From: Pocillopora damicornis | Taxonomy: Eukaryota | Direction: 5' to 3' | Assembly (NCBI RefSeq): GCF_003704095.1 | Contig: NW_020846595.1 | Location: forward strand, 372,001-436,000 | DNA length: 64,000 bases | Part shown: positions 1 to 13,600 of the stretch, in pieces | Numbering within the stretch: the stretch's first letter is position 1 | How the letters are laid out: each line of letters starts with the position of its first letter | Notes under the pieces: model-generated | The model's input: only the letters and a program-made list of their open reading frames with translations | Told to the model about the DNA's origin: nothing | Database searches by the model: none | Translations under genes and position numbers: made by a program

Positions 1-274
1 GATGTCGTGGGGTAAAGGTACTTCTGCAAGACTTCTTTAAGTAGACTCTGTGAATAGAGTTTATGTTCAGGCACTTTTGAGAAGCGTGAAACAATTTTCA
101 ATAGTTCAAGGTAGTGGGGGTTTGAGTTAACTGATTGTAAATGAGTGAAAAAATTGGGGTCAATGGAAATCAGCTCTTGTTTGAGTTAAAGGGGGGATTT
201 TAGTAAACTGTTTGAGTTAGTGGGGTTCTACTGTATTTAACTGATTGTGAGTGATGCTTGTTGAAATCTTTCAG

Positions 275-2523
275 ACATCAGCCGGTGGCAGCTCAGGACA
301 GCAACAGAATGACACATCAGTTGATGCAATGGTAGAAAGACGAAGAAGGCGTGCAGTGGAAAAGACAGAGTCAAGTTCCAAAGTCAAAAGAGAAACTGAC
401 CCTAAGAAGCCAGAGAAGCTTCAGTCTGACCTGGTAAATTCTACTATACATCTTTGCATAATGATTGCTTTGTGAAGGTCTCCTAAATAGTTTGGGGTGA
501 AACTTTCAGCATTTGTTTAAAAGTTAGCAAGTAAAGCAATAACATGAATGCAATATGGTGTAATCACTTTGACTTGGAACATTTTTTTTTTNNNNNNNNN
601 NNNNNNNNNNNNNNNNNNNNNNNNNNNNNNNNNNNNNNNNNNNNNNNNNNNNNNNNNNNNNNNNNNNNNNNNNNNNNNNNNNNNNNNNNNNNNNNNNNNN
701 NNNNNNNNNNNNNNNNNNNNNNNNNNNNNNNNNNNNNNNNNNNNNNNNNNNNNNNNNNNNNNNNNNNNNNNNNNNNNNNNNNNNNNNNNNNNNNNNNNNN
801 NNNNNNNNNNNNNNNNNNNNNNNNNNNCAGTGGAAGGGAAAGGGTTGAAAATGACACCTAGCTGATATTCTTTCTTGCCTGCTGATTTTTTATAACACCA
901 TCTTAGTGTTGCTTCAATTTTAGCTACTTTAACTGATTCAAATATCAAAATCAACTTTCCTTATTTAACCAATATAAGCATTTGATTTTCCGTTTTTATA
1001 GGACTGCAAGTTAGGATCTGCAAAGTGTACAAATATACATTGCACTATCAAATTTTTGGAAGCTGGTGATGATGTGACATTTACAGTTATATCTCGTCTT
1101 TGGAATGGTACCATGATAGAGGTAGGCTACAGACNNNNNNNNNNNNNNNNNNNNNNNNNNNNNNNNNNNNNNNNNNNNNNNNNNNNNNNNNNNNNNNNNN
1201 NNNNNNNNNNNNNNNNNNNNNNNNNNNNNNNNNNTAAGGACTTAACAGAATGAAAAAACTAGAGCTGGAAGTTTTGGTGTAACCTGAGGTGATTTTCTAT
1301 TTCATGGCTGCAACATTCAGAGTTCCCATCATTGCAACAAAAAATTCAGCCTTTGAACCTAAAAACTTGGATTAAGTTCACTGTTGAGGTTTTTTTGTTT
1401 GTAAGAGTTTTATGCATCATTTTCTGTTGACTGCACCAGGAATTGTGATTTTCAGTGGTCGATATCAACCTGTTTCATCATCATTCAATGACTGTCAGCT
1501 CATGGAATTCACATACTTGTTATGTTTCAACCATCCAGGTTGGTACTCAACTAAACCCAGATGCCAATGTTGCAGTTCCTTCAAAGGGTCTCCCCAAATG
1601 GGTTATACCAGTCTGTGTAGTTAGTGCTGTTCTTCTCTTGGTACTAATAGTCTTTTGTCTGTACAAGGTAAGTGAGCAGGGCATAACTGCTTTTCATATT
1701 TTAATGATATAGTAAACTTAGCATAAGAATATACGAAAGAGAAAATTAAAGTTTGTGACATACTGCACCTTGTATATTGCTGTCTCGGCAAGTTGATGTG
1801 ACCTTATTTTCTCTCAGTCTGTGATCATATGTACCTATTTAAACCAGTTTGAATTTGGGAATGTTCCAATGACAGAGACAAACACTTTCTCAAATTTCTC
1901 CATTTTAGATACAGAAAAGTACTGCTGAACTTTGCCACTTCCTTGATTCTAAAACCCTGTGTATATAAGATCAACACAGTGGCTGCAATTGCTAGAACTA
2001 GTCAACCCTTTACACCCTATCATCAGTATGCACATTCTCCACACTGTTATCTGTACAATTGATAAGATGCTGACAAGGAGAATGTGTTTAACAATCAAGA
2101 GCTTTTTTAGTTGGTGATCATTTCCTTGATTATTGCGACCTTAATGTTTGATTCAGGGGTGATATTTAAGGAGAAATTAGAAGCTGGTCACTCTTAGGGT
2201 TTAAAAGGCAAAAAAAAACCTACTACTTGGCAACTGGACGATTACAACAAATATGATTTCTAGGATAGCTAGACTTCATGTCATCTGATGGTCAGTTCTC
2301 ATATGAATGCTATCAGTGATTCAGTGATGTTGTGGTCCTTGCATGCTGGGTTAACCTTTTAAAGTGGTTTTATATTCTTTTAAATTGTATATCAATTACA
2401 TTTCATGCTTTTTTTTTTTTTTTTCAGCTTGGTTTTTTCAAGCGACAAAAGTTTGACAAGAATATTACTGACCCAGAAGAAGTTGACAGAATGTTGGATA
2501 ATGGCAAGGGATACCATGCTTAA
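275..2523 (+). CDS. Integrin alpha subunit, 3' exons (gene starts upstream of the window)
   Basis: Exons ~275-433 (contains RRRRR|AVE furin-type heavy/light chain site), 1002-1121 (DCKLGSAKCTNIHCTI...SRLWNGT, calf-2), 1539-1667 (TM: WVIPVCVVSAVLLLVLIVFCLYK) and 2428-2523 (LGFFKR...stop). Splicing gives the diagnostic KLGFFKR juxtamembrane motif. An exon may be hidden in gap 1135-1234. Confidence 0.93.
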
Positions 2524-4830
2524 ATTTGTTACAACAGACAGTAATCCTCCTAAAGTAGACTAGATTTGCAAACAATATGGACAGAGTTACAGAGGTGCAT
2601 GGGTACAACTTGTTTTGCATTATTACAGAATGAGTTGGTTAGACCTCCAGACCAGTGGTGTTCAGCAACAGAAAGCTGTATCACTAATTTGGCTGATGGT
2701 AGGGAACAAATTCTAAGAGGGCCTGAACATGTGATCCTCTTTGTGTGCATCAAGGGCTTGCCAAAATCAAGCTTTCACTCAGACTGTTTTCTAGACTTAG
2801 ATGATCATCTAATTTATTGTTATCTTGTTTGATAACGGTTGTCTATAAATCCCTATTTAAAGTTGGCAGGAGACAAATTCCTGTCATTTCAGTTACTAAC
2901 AAGAACCAACTTTGCTGTAAGCTTAAAAGCACACATCAGTTTGGACACTGCGTGGGAGAAAGATTTAGCTTTTAAGACCTTTGATGCGTAAAGGTGGTTT
3001 AAGCACATGCAAGTATTATGATATCATAGTGCAAGGTGTTCATTAAGAAATGCAGTATTAGAAAAAGTATTCTCCACATCTTGGTAGAAGGGCATAGAAT
3101 CTTTGCCAGAAAATTCCCTGATCCCTGATGGGTAGTAAATACTATGTAGTGAAAGCTACAAGAAGAGGCAGAAATTCCAAGAAGCACATAGGGCTGACTG
3201 AATATCAGTTGTGGTCATAATGGTATTATGACTCTTGGATCAGCCTCAAACACCTGTGAGATTCATTCTTGCAGTAGATACAATCAGACGTTGGTTGAGA
3301 AGTAGTTAATAAGATGTAAATTTTAACCTTAAATCACAAGTACTTTTTTTTATACAAAATTACACTTTTATTGGTATAATTCTTTGGACATTTGGCTTGT
3401 CTTAAACCTTTAACCCATCCCAACCCAACCTCAGCTTGACTACTAGCTGAGAAGTTGGGTGATAAAAGTAAAGACAGTCTAAAGGAAACCAATTTTTGTA
3501 TTTTTGTCTTGGCCATTTTCTTTTCCTGAATCATTTGATTTCTTTGGATCCTTGAGTATAATTATCTGTTGGGCTAACCTCTCAGACTTTTTTTTTAGTC
3601 TCTTAGTTTTAGAACCTTTCTGTGTGATTTTCCTTTGGATGCCATGTTTGCCCTCAGTGGTACAAGTAGTGTTATGAAGATATGTGCTGCAGTGATAACT
3701 AATCTGGGGCAAAATTATAAATTGTGAAAATGGGGGAAAGGCAATTCTTTTTTGAACAGCATTATAAATAGATCAGTAGGTGAACATAATCATTTTAAAT
3801 AAAGCAGATGAATATATATTCATTACTGCTTATAAAGAGAGAAGATTGTGACCAATTTGATTGGTTGCTATACTTTATTGCGGTAATGTTAATTTTTACT
3901 TGATGCTACTGTATTTTATTTTTGACATTTTTCTAAAGTTGTTTTTCATGGCATTTATTAAGGGTAGCTAGTTAATGGGTACATTTCTTTTGGCATGGCA
4001 TATATTTTTGTATGCTTATCATTACAAGGTGTCTAAAGGAGGATGTTTATACAAAGAGCTCATTTTCATTTTTTATGCCTTTTGTTTGTCAGAATAGACA
4101 GTATGAATGCTAATTAATTATTTGCCTTATTTTTACTTTAATTAAATAGCATTTTCCTCCAAAGAAGATGTATTTTTCACAAGATAACCAAACCACATAT
4201 TGTTTGTAACTGTTAACAGTGTATATACCAGTATCTTCTGTATGTCCTCTAAATTTTTTATAACATTTGTTTTAGAGATTTTTTTCAGTTTGAATGATGA
4301 ATCAAAGGAAGGGAAGTACATGAAGGGTTATAATCAATACCTAACTTTTTTCCAAAGTTAACATTAAAGAAGCCACACTGTTTCAACCCTGTAACCCGAT
4401 TCTTCTGCGATTCTTCTTTCTGGTGACCAGTTACAGTTCTTTGTAAAATAACTGCGCCAATTTGTTGTTATATTACCATATGATCCTCTAGAAAATGAAA
4501 TGGCATTTTCTCTTCACTTGTTTGGTGGATATGTATTGAAATTGAGATGAGAAGTTACATATTTTTCTCTTTCTGAGGTTTAAGGGCTTTGACAAAAACA
4601 AAATGAAAAATTGTGGGTTCACTGCACAAGAATGCACCATATGCCTCATTTGCATATTAGTGGTTGCTTAGATAAGACTTAAATGCTTTTTAATGAATAC
4701 TCTGACAAATAGCATTGTTAAATAGTTGCATTAGAAATTTGAAAATATTAAATACAATATTTCTAGAAAAAATGTTTGATGTGGAGTCGTTATAGGCAGA
4801 GGTCAGATCATTCTTCTCAATTAAGGTGTG

Positions 4831-5040
4831 TTAACCCTTTAACTCCCAAGATCTCATGAGTAATTCTCCTTACTGTCTGCAATATAGTTCTTTTGATATT
4901 AGTTTGGAGAATTTGGTATTGGATCAACTAATCCCAAATTAAGATTTTTTTCTTTATTCTCATCAGTTGTCTGCTTGCCATTGTATTTATATTGTAAGGA
5001 GAAATTCTGTCTTGGTCACTGATGGGAGTTAAAGGGTTAA
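4831..5040. mobile_element. ~210-bp TTAA-flanked MITE (piggyBac-type ends)
   Basis: TTAA|CCCTTTAACTCCCA ... TGGGAGTTAAAGGG|TTAA: perfect TIRs with a TTAA target site. Confidence 0.85.
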
Positions 5041-5204
5041 AACAACCTGGGTGTAGCAGTAAGTAACAAGAATATTCTCCACATTTGAATAGCTAGCAGC
5101 TCAGGTTATCAAAATTTAGCAGGAGAATTCTGGGCAGTAGCTGAAGAATCGTCAGATCTGTTCTGCCTAATGAAGTCAATGAACACCATACAGGCATTAC
5201 AGTC

Positions 5205-8200
5205 TCACTCTAAAGTCAGTATTTGAAAGTTTGAAGCACAGTCCATAAGCCATGTCGAGGGCATGCTACAAACTGACCGAGGCTTCTTTTCTGCCAGTGA
5301 ATCATAGATGATGAATTGAGTGCATCTGTAATGTTTAGTGTCTGGATCTGCATGGTAAGCAACAGGGGCTAAGGTGACAGAGGCCTTGTTAGATTCAGGA
5401 GTTCTAGGTAAGCAGAGAGATTCATCAATATCTGGTTTCGGTTCACGAGATAAGATTCTGCCTCCACCATATTTGACCAACTGTACTAGATCCTCTTTTG
5501 AAGGTTGAGGAGGGATAAATTCACCATTGAAGAAAAACTGGCATCCATCAAACAAACCAGGAAGCTGGAAAATATAATGAGAAATGAAAAGAGTTGTTTT
5601 GCATGTTATCCACAAAGTGCAAGTTGCAGTCTTAGTCACTCGGTATTTTCATTAAGCTTTTTTCACATTTTGGTTTTTGTCCTCATTTTTTTTTTACCCT
5701 CAATTTTGTTTGGTTTTTTTTTCTTAATTTAAGTACAGCTTTGGTAGAACTTTGGGTACACAAGTTCATCAACCACTTTGCTGCAACACCTTTCTTTTGT
5801 CACTTGGAAATTATAAAAAAATCAAAACATTGTTAATGGCTCTTTCAAGATGTTGAATGTAGTACGTAACCAACCTGCTTCAGAGAATTGATGCGAGCTC
5901 TTTTAGGTGCATCCATCATAGCATCATTGGTACCCTTAACCTCAAAAGGTGTTTCATCTACCCAGGTTTTTCTCTGCAAGCTTTTCAGTATCCCTACATA
6001 GAAGATGAGTGAGACAAATTGAGATTAAAAATTGAACAATAGGCAAGTTTTAGATCATTATTTTGCCAACAATAACTCCCTAAATGCTCTTCTTAATCAG
6101 CCAAGGAAGGCAATTTTCACGGAAAAACAGGAGGTTCTCTTTAGCAGGGACATAAGAATTGTAATATTTATTATGTACATTTGCAATCAAATGTAAGATC
6201 AAATCACCCACTCTGAAGTACTTTTTCTTAGGAGACATGCTTGATATAATCCAGAGATGTGACCTAGGGAAGGNNNNNNNNNNNNNNNNNNNNNNNNNNN
6301 NNNNNNNNNNNNNNNNNNNNNNNNNNNNNNNNNNNNNNNNNNNNNNNNNNNNNNNNNNNNNNNNNNNNNNNNNGGATCCTATAAAATAAGGTCATTGAAG
6401 AGAATTCTTAAACCGAAACCTAAGAGATAGTAAATTGAGTTTCCCACCTGACATTAAGAGCAGCTCCTCTGGAGATCAACAGACTCACTACTTCCACTCT
6501 CCCATTGGTGACTGCATCATGCAGAGGTGTATCATGATCAAACCCTCCAGGAGTGTTAATCATTGCACCATGTTCCAACAGAAGTTCAGTGATGGTAAGA
6601 TAGCCATGGTTACAGGCTTCATGCTGAAGAATAAAATAAAATGCAGGATTTCAAGGTCAGAGATACAACTTAAGGAATAATTGATATCAAGATGAAAATC
6701 ACTATTTGGACAGAGTGTTTCTGTTCTGTAAATATAGGTCACCTAAGATTGGAAGAACAATGAAACAGGTAAGATTTGCCATATTATAGTCAGGAATGTA
6801 ACTCACCAGAGGAGTCCAGCCAGCATGATCTTTGGTGTTAGGATTTGCTCCTCCTGCAAGTAACTTTCTCACGGTTTCCACACAGCCCTATGAAGGTGAT
6901 AATATTAGATAAGAAAAGTTACTAGACATGATCATCAGAGATATGTTATGCATGACAAAAGAAAAAGAAAACTGTATATGACAATAAGGGCTACATGTAA
7001 AGGAGCAAGGATGGTAAAGTGAAAGAATGTACTTGGTTTCCACCATTGTGGCAGAGATTCAATATCCCAAACCTAACATTACTTGTGGGTTTAGTTAACT
7101 GATGGTTCTCATTTTTGGTTTAAGATTTGTTCTCCGAGTTTCCTTCCTCCACAAAAACCAAATCTCCAATTTTTTTTTAATCAGAAATCTGTTTTATCAC
7201 AGTGTACCTTAATGGCAGCCACATGAAGAGGTGTTTCTCCACGTTTATTTCTCTTGACTTCAGGGGGACAGAGAATACAATTCTTTGGGCTGCTTAAAGT
7301 CTGCTCTGACATTTTTCTTTTCCTATTTCCTGCCAGAGATAAATTCATGAACAATGTAAAGTGAATAAGAGAAATAATTCATGACATTTTTATAGGAGCT
7401 ACAGCATATGCTTAAACATGGAGAAGTTTTCAAGGAATAACAGATTGGTAATATTTTTAAAAATGGTCAACTCCTTCATCAAGTGTAAACAATCATTAAA
7501 TTTTTACAGCAGCTGTATTAGCATATTTTAATCTAACCTTGGGACTTCAAAGGAGTTTCTTTGGTATCCTCTGTCTTTTTCTTTTTCATAAGCACCTGCT
7601 CATTGTGGATTCTTTCATTTGTAAGATTTTTTTGCAGCTCATTCTGAGGCAGGGTCCAAAGTGAAGAACTCTGTGGTGTTCCTCTCAAGTTCCTTTTTTG
7701 AGCCCTTGTCCTTGGAGTGCTTTCTACAGCTTTAGGACTCCCTTTATGTGAAGGTCCCTTATTTTGCATCATAACTGAGCCATCAGAAGTAAGTGGACCT
7801 TTTGATCTTAGCCTTGTAAAACATCCTGTGTCAGGGTTCTCTTTGTCTTTTTCTTTATCAGTATTGTTTCCCCCCTCATCTGTAACTTCAAACTGTTCAG
7901 TGACAATATTTTCTGTTAACACGTGATCAGTCTGTCCTTTATTTTCATGAACATCATTTTCTGTGACAACTGGACATGTTTTCTTTATTAATCTTGTTTT
8001 CTTTAAATGTTTTCCAAAACATTTTTTCTTTGCTTGTGTTCTTATCTCATCTTTTGAACTACCTGACAATGAAGTTTCAACAATTTCTTTGAATCCCTGT
8101 CCACTTGCGAGGATCTCATTTGCAGGACATGTTTCACTGTCCTGTTCATCAAGCTCCCTGCAGAGACCTTGTTTTGTAATTTCTTTCCCATTATTATCCC

Positions 8201-10458
8201 TTTTTGCTGCAGTGTTCGTCTGTGTTTTCCTGCTGAGATTCTTTGTCTGAGTGGGTTCCTTAGATTGTTTCTTGTTGTTACATGATATTTCCTGCAGGGC
8301 AACATCACATTTGTTTGTTACCTTAGCAGGGATGACAATTTCAGGTGTTGAGAATTGATAAGAATCAGCTTCTTGATCAAACACTGACTGTGTTTCCTCC
8401 CAAATTGTTTTAGTTTCTGGGAAAAGAAGTAATAAAAAAACAATACACTTATTTTATCATCATCATTATCATTATCATTACATTTATCCTCATCAGCATT
8501 GTCATTATCATTTAATTCTCATGCTGTTAAAAAAAGTAATGAAGGATTATTAATATGAGCTTGTTCATCCATTAAAAATAAAGTGTTGTAAAGAATTTGT
8601 CCCTTACAACAATTTAAACCTCAGATCCTTTGATTTTGGAGATGGATGCTGTATATTTGAGTTACAGAGCAATGTGTGAAGATGGTACATATAGCTAGAA
8701 TCAGCAGAATTTAATAAAAAGCATTGTGAGTGTAATAATAGAAATGATGAATTTTTTTTAATGCAATTGACAATAATATCGCAATCTGATTGGCCAAGTT
8801 GTCATTGTGGATAAGAGTACAAACAACCCTGCTTGCTTTAACATGTCAGGTAATGGTGACACACTGAAAGAATCATTTTATTTGACACCAATATTGTGCT
8901 AAATTAACAAATCCACAGTGGTTTAGCATGGACTCAGTGTACTCTTATCAACATCAATATTCATCATCACAATGGTCAAAATGTTTTTGACTCGTGAGGC
9001 ACAGCCAAGTGAGTCTGCAACAAATAATAATAGTACAAATAACAAATAAGAGTACAAACCACACAAAAGCACTGTCAATTTGTTAAAGTTTGGTTGTCAA
9101 AAGAAGAAAGATGTCCATCATTCAGCAGTAATTATCACCTGGTTTGTTATTCAAGTCTGAGATGCATTTGACATTGTTATCATCATCACCACTACTACTC
9201 TTATCATGATCATCTGATCCAACAAGCTTTCTTATCTTTGTACACATGCTGACAGTGTTGGCAAGTTGACGGTTGGTTTTCAAGTTCTTCACCCAAGCAA
9301 ATGCTCCACATTCTGGGCATTTTGAATCAGCCCCAACCAATTTTTCTACACAGTTACTGCAAAAAATGGATAAATCATTAGAACAATTTGGAGTCAGATA
9401 ACTGCGGCAGTTCCTGAGAAGGAGTTAAAGGGTTCAGACCTAGGGTTCATATACTTTTTCAGAAACAAATTTCAAGAACTTTTCCAGGACTCAGATTGAT
9501 TTTTCAAGGACTCCAAACTTCACCTTAAACCCTCTTGTTGCTAAGATTTCAAAATCAACTCTCCTTATGGTCTACATACATTTCTTACAATGTATATTCT
9601 GAAAACTTTATTGCTTGAGTTAAGCAGATTTCCAGGACTTTTCAGGACCTGTGGTCTTTTTCCAGGACTTTCCAGTCCTGGAAAATGTCAAAATAAATTT
9701 CCAGGACTTTCCAGGTTTTCCAGGACCTTTACAATCCCTGTAGACTGAAAACAGGCACTAGGTATGGAGGGCATTAATATCCCCTGTAGCAAACAACTTT
9801 CACCCAGGTTTAATTTTGTGGATTCATGGTTATTTGTTGTCCAATGTGACTAAAAATACTATTGTGAACCATTTTTTAAAGTTCCCCTTATAGCTACAGA
9901 ACAATGTCAAGGAAGGAAACTTCACATTTTTACTTGAGGCACAATCCCTCTAAAAAGTAAGTTCCATAAATATCGGTTTAGTTAATTGAGATGTTTAGTG
10001 GTACTGGTTTGAGCTCATCAAAACATTATCTCAAAAATCGTCATAGACGTTTTGAAACGCGTTTTCGTTGGAATTTTTGAGAATACTTACCTGAACCACA
10101 GGACACATTCATACTACACAAGCTACATTCATGCGTACATGATACAATTGATTCAGCTGTTTAGTGCATTTATGTCCAAGATAACCTTAACACAACTCTC
10201 CGCTCATATAATACAATCATTCACATACGTACCGACAGAAAATGTGATCACAAGCTTCAAGAGAACAAGGATCAGACACAAGATTGGTACTAATAGAAAG
10301 ATAAAAGTGAAATAAGCATAAAACATGTAACGAAGGCATTCCTGTTATGGAACTGCAGAAGACAATCGCGGTGTTCCGAGAAATACATACCAAACTTTGC
10401 ATGTTAACAATTCTTCCAGCTTTCCTAAGGCACTCCTCGTGTTTTCCCATCCGATCAT
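5205..10458 (-). CDS. BARD1: BRCA1-associated RING domain protein 1 (RING - ankyrin - tandem BRCT)
   Basis: Exons 10458-10391 (MIGWENTRSALGKLEELLTCKVC), 10289-10233 (PCSLEACDHIFC), 9356-9139 (CPEC..AWVKNLKTNRQLAN), 8416-7538 (disordered linker), 7329-7208 (KRNKRGETPLHVAAIK), 6887-6807 (GANPNTKDHAGWTPL), 5993-5875 (WILKSL..W.DE..FEV) and 5564-5205 (LPGLFDGCQFFF...GGGRILSREPKPD...WLMDC). The middle ankyrin and BRCT1 exons are not seen and probably lie in gap 6274-6373. Confidence 0.93.
9441..9740. mobile_element. Non-autonomous DNA element with short TIRs (AGGGTT...ATCCCTG) and internal TTCCAGGACT repeats
   Basis: Repeated TTTCCAGGAC(T) units near both ends; lies in BARD1 intron 2. Confidence 0.55.
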
Positions 10459-10691
10459 CTCTCAAATCTTTCTCAAAAACCCAGACAAAACCTTTATGAT
10501 AACCCGAAACAAGCGAAAACCTACCCTTCGCTGTTTTTCGTTATACGAACTTCCCGCGTTTTGCATCTTGCTTAGTGACCGGGTCTTCACTTGACTTCGT
10601 AACCAAGCCAATATGGCGGACGATCTGTACCTCCTCACATTTTCCAGATATTTTCCATCCATTTAGTACAAAAAATATAAACGTTTATGCC
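10459..10691. promoter_or_regulatory. Bidirectional promoter/5'UTRs between BARD1 and TTC19
   Basis: Divergent ATGs only ~230 bp apart in locally CpG-rich sequence; YY1-like CAATATGGCGG at 10609-10619. Confidence 0.6.
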
Positions 10692-13600
10692 ATGCCCCGA
10701 GTCAGTAGATATTTTATACTCGTAATCGACACCAGCAGGTGTATTTCGAATGCAAGACTTTTTACAACATGTAGTAAACGAGGAGGTACCTTCACATGTG
10801 GTCATATGATAAATTCTGGCAAATATTTTCCGCCAAAACGTCCATTTCCGGCAGCTTTACAGTGTTCAAAATTATCACAAGACAGCCGACTAACAAGAAT
10901 AAGAAAAACTCTACCTGATGAAATATGGTCAATTATCATTGTGGGTAAGACTATCGCGTTTAAAAGCAATAGGTGTTTGCAATATATGATATAGTTAAAA
11001 CTTTCAATTGGAAAAATAGCAGTATCTACTGCATACTACTTTCAACAAGGGCGTATTGCCAAGGGTAATCTTTTGTTTTCTATTGTTTTCTTAATCCAAA
11101 TACTACATGCATGATGAACTATGGGGATTATATCTGTATGTAATATCTTTTAATTTTAAAATGCGTCAACAAAGTTTAAGTACTGTCTTCCTTTGGGTTA
11201 TGACAATGCGTTCAAAGCTCAGAAAAGTAAAACTAAGAGTTACTGAGCCACAGCATGCCTAAATGTCATGAAAGTGCTTCTCTAAGTTTTTCAGATCTCT
11301 TTGGTGACCTAGGCAGAATATTAGCCTAAGATCTTCCCATGTTATTTACCAGATGGACTTCCCAGAGGTTTTATTACATGTTGATCATCAAATCATACAT
11401 TTGTTATTATCAACATTATAATTATCAACAGTATTTTTAATATCACCATCATCATCCTGCCTCACCATACCATTGTTATCCTCATTATTTGAATTTTCAT
11501 GCAAGGCAGTACATGCAAGACTTGTCACTGGTCTCATACTGAACAGATGTTTCTTACCAAGATTACAGTCTTCAAATGTGCTAGAACTTAAGTAGCATAG
11601 TTCTGATCTTATTTTTAAAATGCTATACAAATATTTTGAATTAGAATTACTTACTATGGGCTAAGAAGAGTTTCTGATTGAAAATTACTTCCAACTGCTT
11701 CAGTTTTTATTTTCCTCATCTAAGGGATCATGGTAATGTATAAAGAACAGAGGAATCTAGTTTGAAATTATTTCAAATTGAATTTCACTTTTAACTGAAA
11801 CATATATTAGGTGTTGTGGAAGCAAATTTTGAGATCAATGTTTGTTATTACAGCACTGGGTGGTGTTCTTGTATTTACATATACACAATATGAAAAAGTT
11901 CTGTATGGCAAAAGGAGCCCCCCAAGCTTGCAAAACAAGTTAAAGATGGCTAAGGTAAGAAAACATAGGACTCTGAATATGAATATTAACTCTTGAAAGA
12001 TGTTAGTTTGACTTCCTGCAATTTTGACCCTGGCTGCTGGGGTAAATTGGTAGGGTGCTGGAAAACTGATTAGGAGTTTGAAGGTGAAATTCCACACTGA
12101 ATTAAAATTTAATTCCTAATACTTGCAATCCATATATCTAAATGTCAATTCTCTTTTTTGTAATTTTAACCCTTTAACTCCCAACATCTTATTAGCAATT
12201 CTCCTTACTGTCTGCCATACAGTTCTTGTGATGTTAGTTTGGAGAATTTGTATTGTATCAACTAATAATCCTCTTATTGGTATTTTTTGTTTTTCTCATC
12301 ACTTTTCTGCCTTATATTGTCTTGGAATTGTAAGGAGAAATTCTGTTTTGGTCACTTATAGGATTTAAAGGGTTAAAAGATTTGGCATTGAGAATTTGGT
12401 TTTAACCTTTTCACTCCTAAGATCCTAACTGTCTGTCGAACAATTCTAATGATGTTAGTGTTGAGAATTTGGTATCAGATTAGCTGATAATCTCATAATT
12501 GATATTTTTTTATTCTCATCACTTGACTGCTCGATATGGTATTGATACTATAAGGGGAAATTCTCTCTTAGTCACTCATGAGTGTTGAAGGGTTAAATTA
12601 CAAAACATCCCCCTATTTGATACTCCTTTGTCCTCTCATCCCTCAACTGTGCGATATAGTAATGAAACTGTAAAGAGAAATTCCTTTTTCACTGTCTTGT
12701 TCTGTACCATTAGGCTGGCAGAAAGTTTTCTCACCGAACTAAAGACTAATATATTGATCAAGAAGAGCTAAATGACCCAAAATACTGGAATCTTTTCATC
12801 CTTTGTATACCCAACATACTTATAAACAATTTTTATTCTAATAGAAAAAAGCTTTAGATGGAGACAAAACACAGTCAATCATATTGCTGAAGGAGGCTCT
12901 TGATCTTATACATGATTATCTTAAAGAAATTAAACAAGATTCAGGTGAAGAACTTCATCTGGATGACAAGGATACAATAAAAGTGCAAAAGTACCTCACT
13001 TATGTACTGGAACAGGTAAGAACAAGAAGGTTTTTAAATCTGAATCAAACGTTGAAAGTATCCTATTTTTAAAAGGCAATAAATTTCTAAACAACCTCTG
13101 GTGCTGTGTCAGTGGGACATATTACAAGATAATTTGGTCCTATCAACGGAAAATTGGCCACTATAAAGAGATTCCAAAGTTGACATTTTGAATGTTACTG
13201 GTAACCACTCCATCTTTTGTTAACACTCAAAACATCAGCTTTAAAAACTCTTTACAGAGGCCAGTTTGCATTTTAAACTCAGTTGAGAAAACCAAATTGT
13301 CCTATTTTCTATTGAGCCAAGTTGCATGTATTTCGAACTCTATATAACTTTATTCATGTGTTTGTCTCTACTTGCAGCTGGCAAATCTCACATTTGAGCT
13401 TCAGAGATGGAATGAGGTAACATATGCCATTGCATTTATTGAGCATGTTGTTTTTGAAACCTGACAGAAACATAGTTTAACCCTTTAACTTCCAAGATCT
13501 GGTTGTTAATTCTCCCCTCTAGCTGCTACGCATTTCCTTGTAAACTAGTTAGGAGAATCTAAAGTTTGATTGAGTTAATATCTTGCACCTGATGAGTTTG

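Noticed and set aside
517-954. ORFs spanning N-runs (also near 1056, 18240, 53899, 56664, 58345 and 62154)
   Set aside because: Artefacts of translating assembly gaps.
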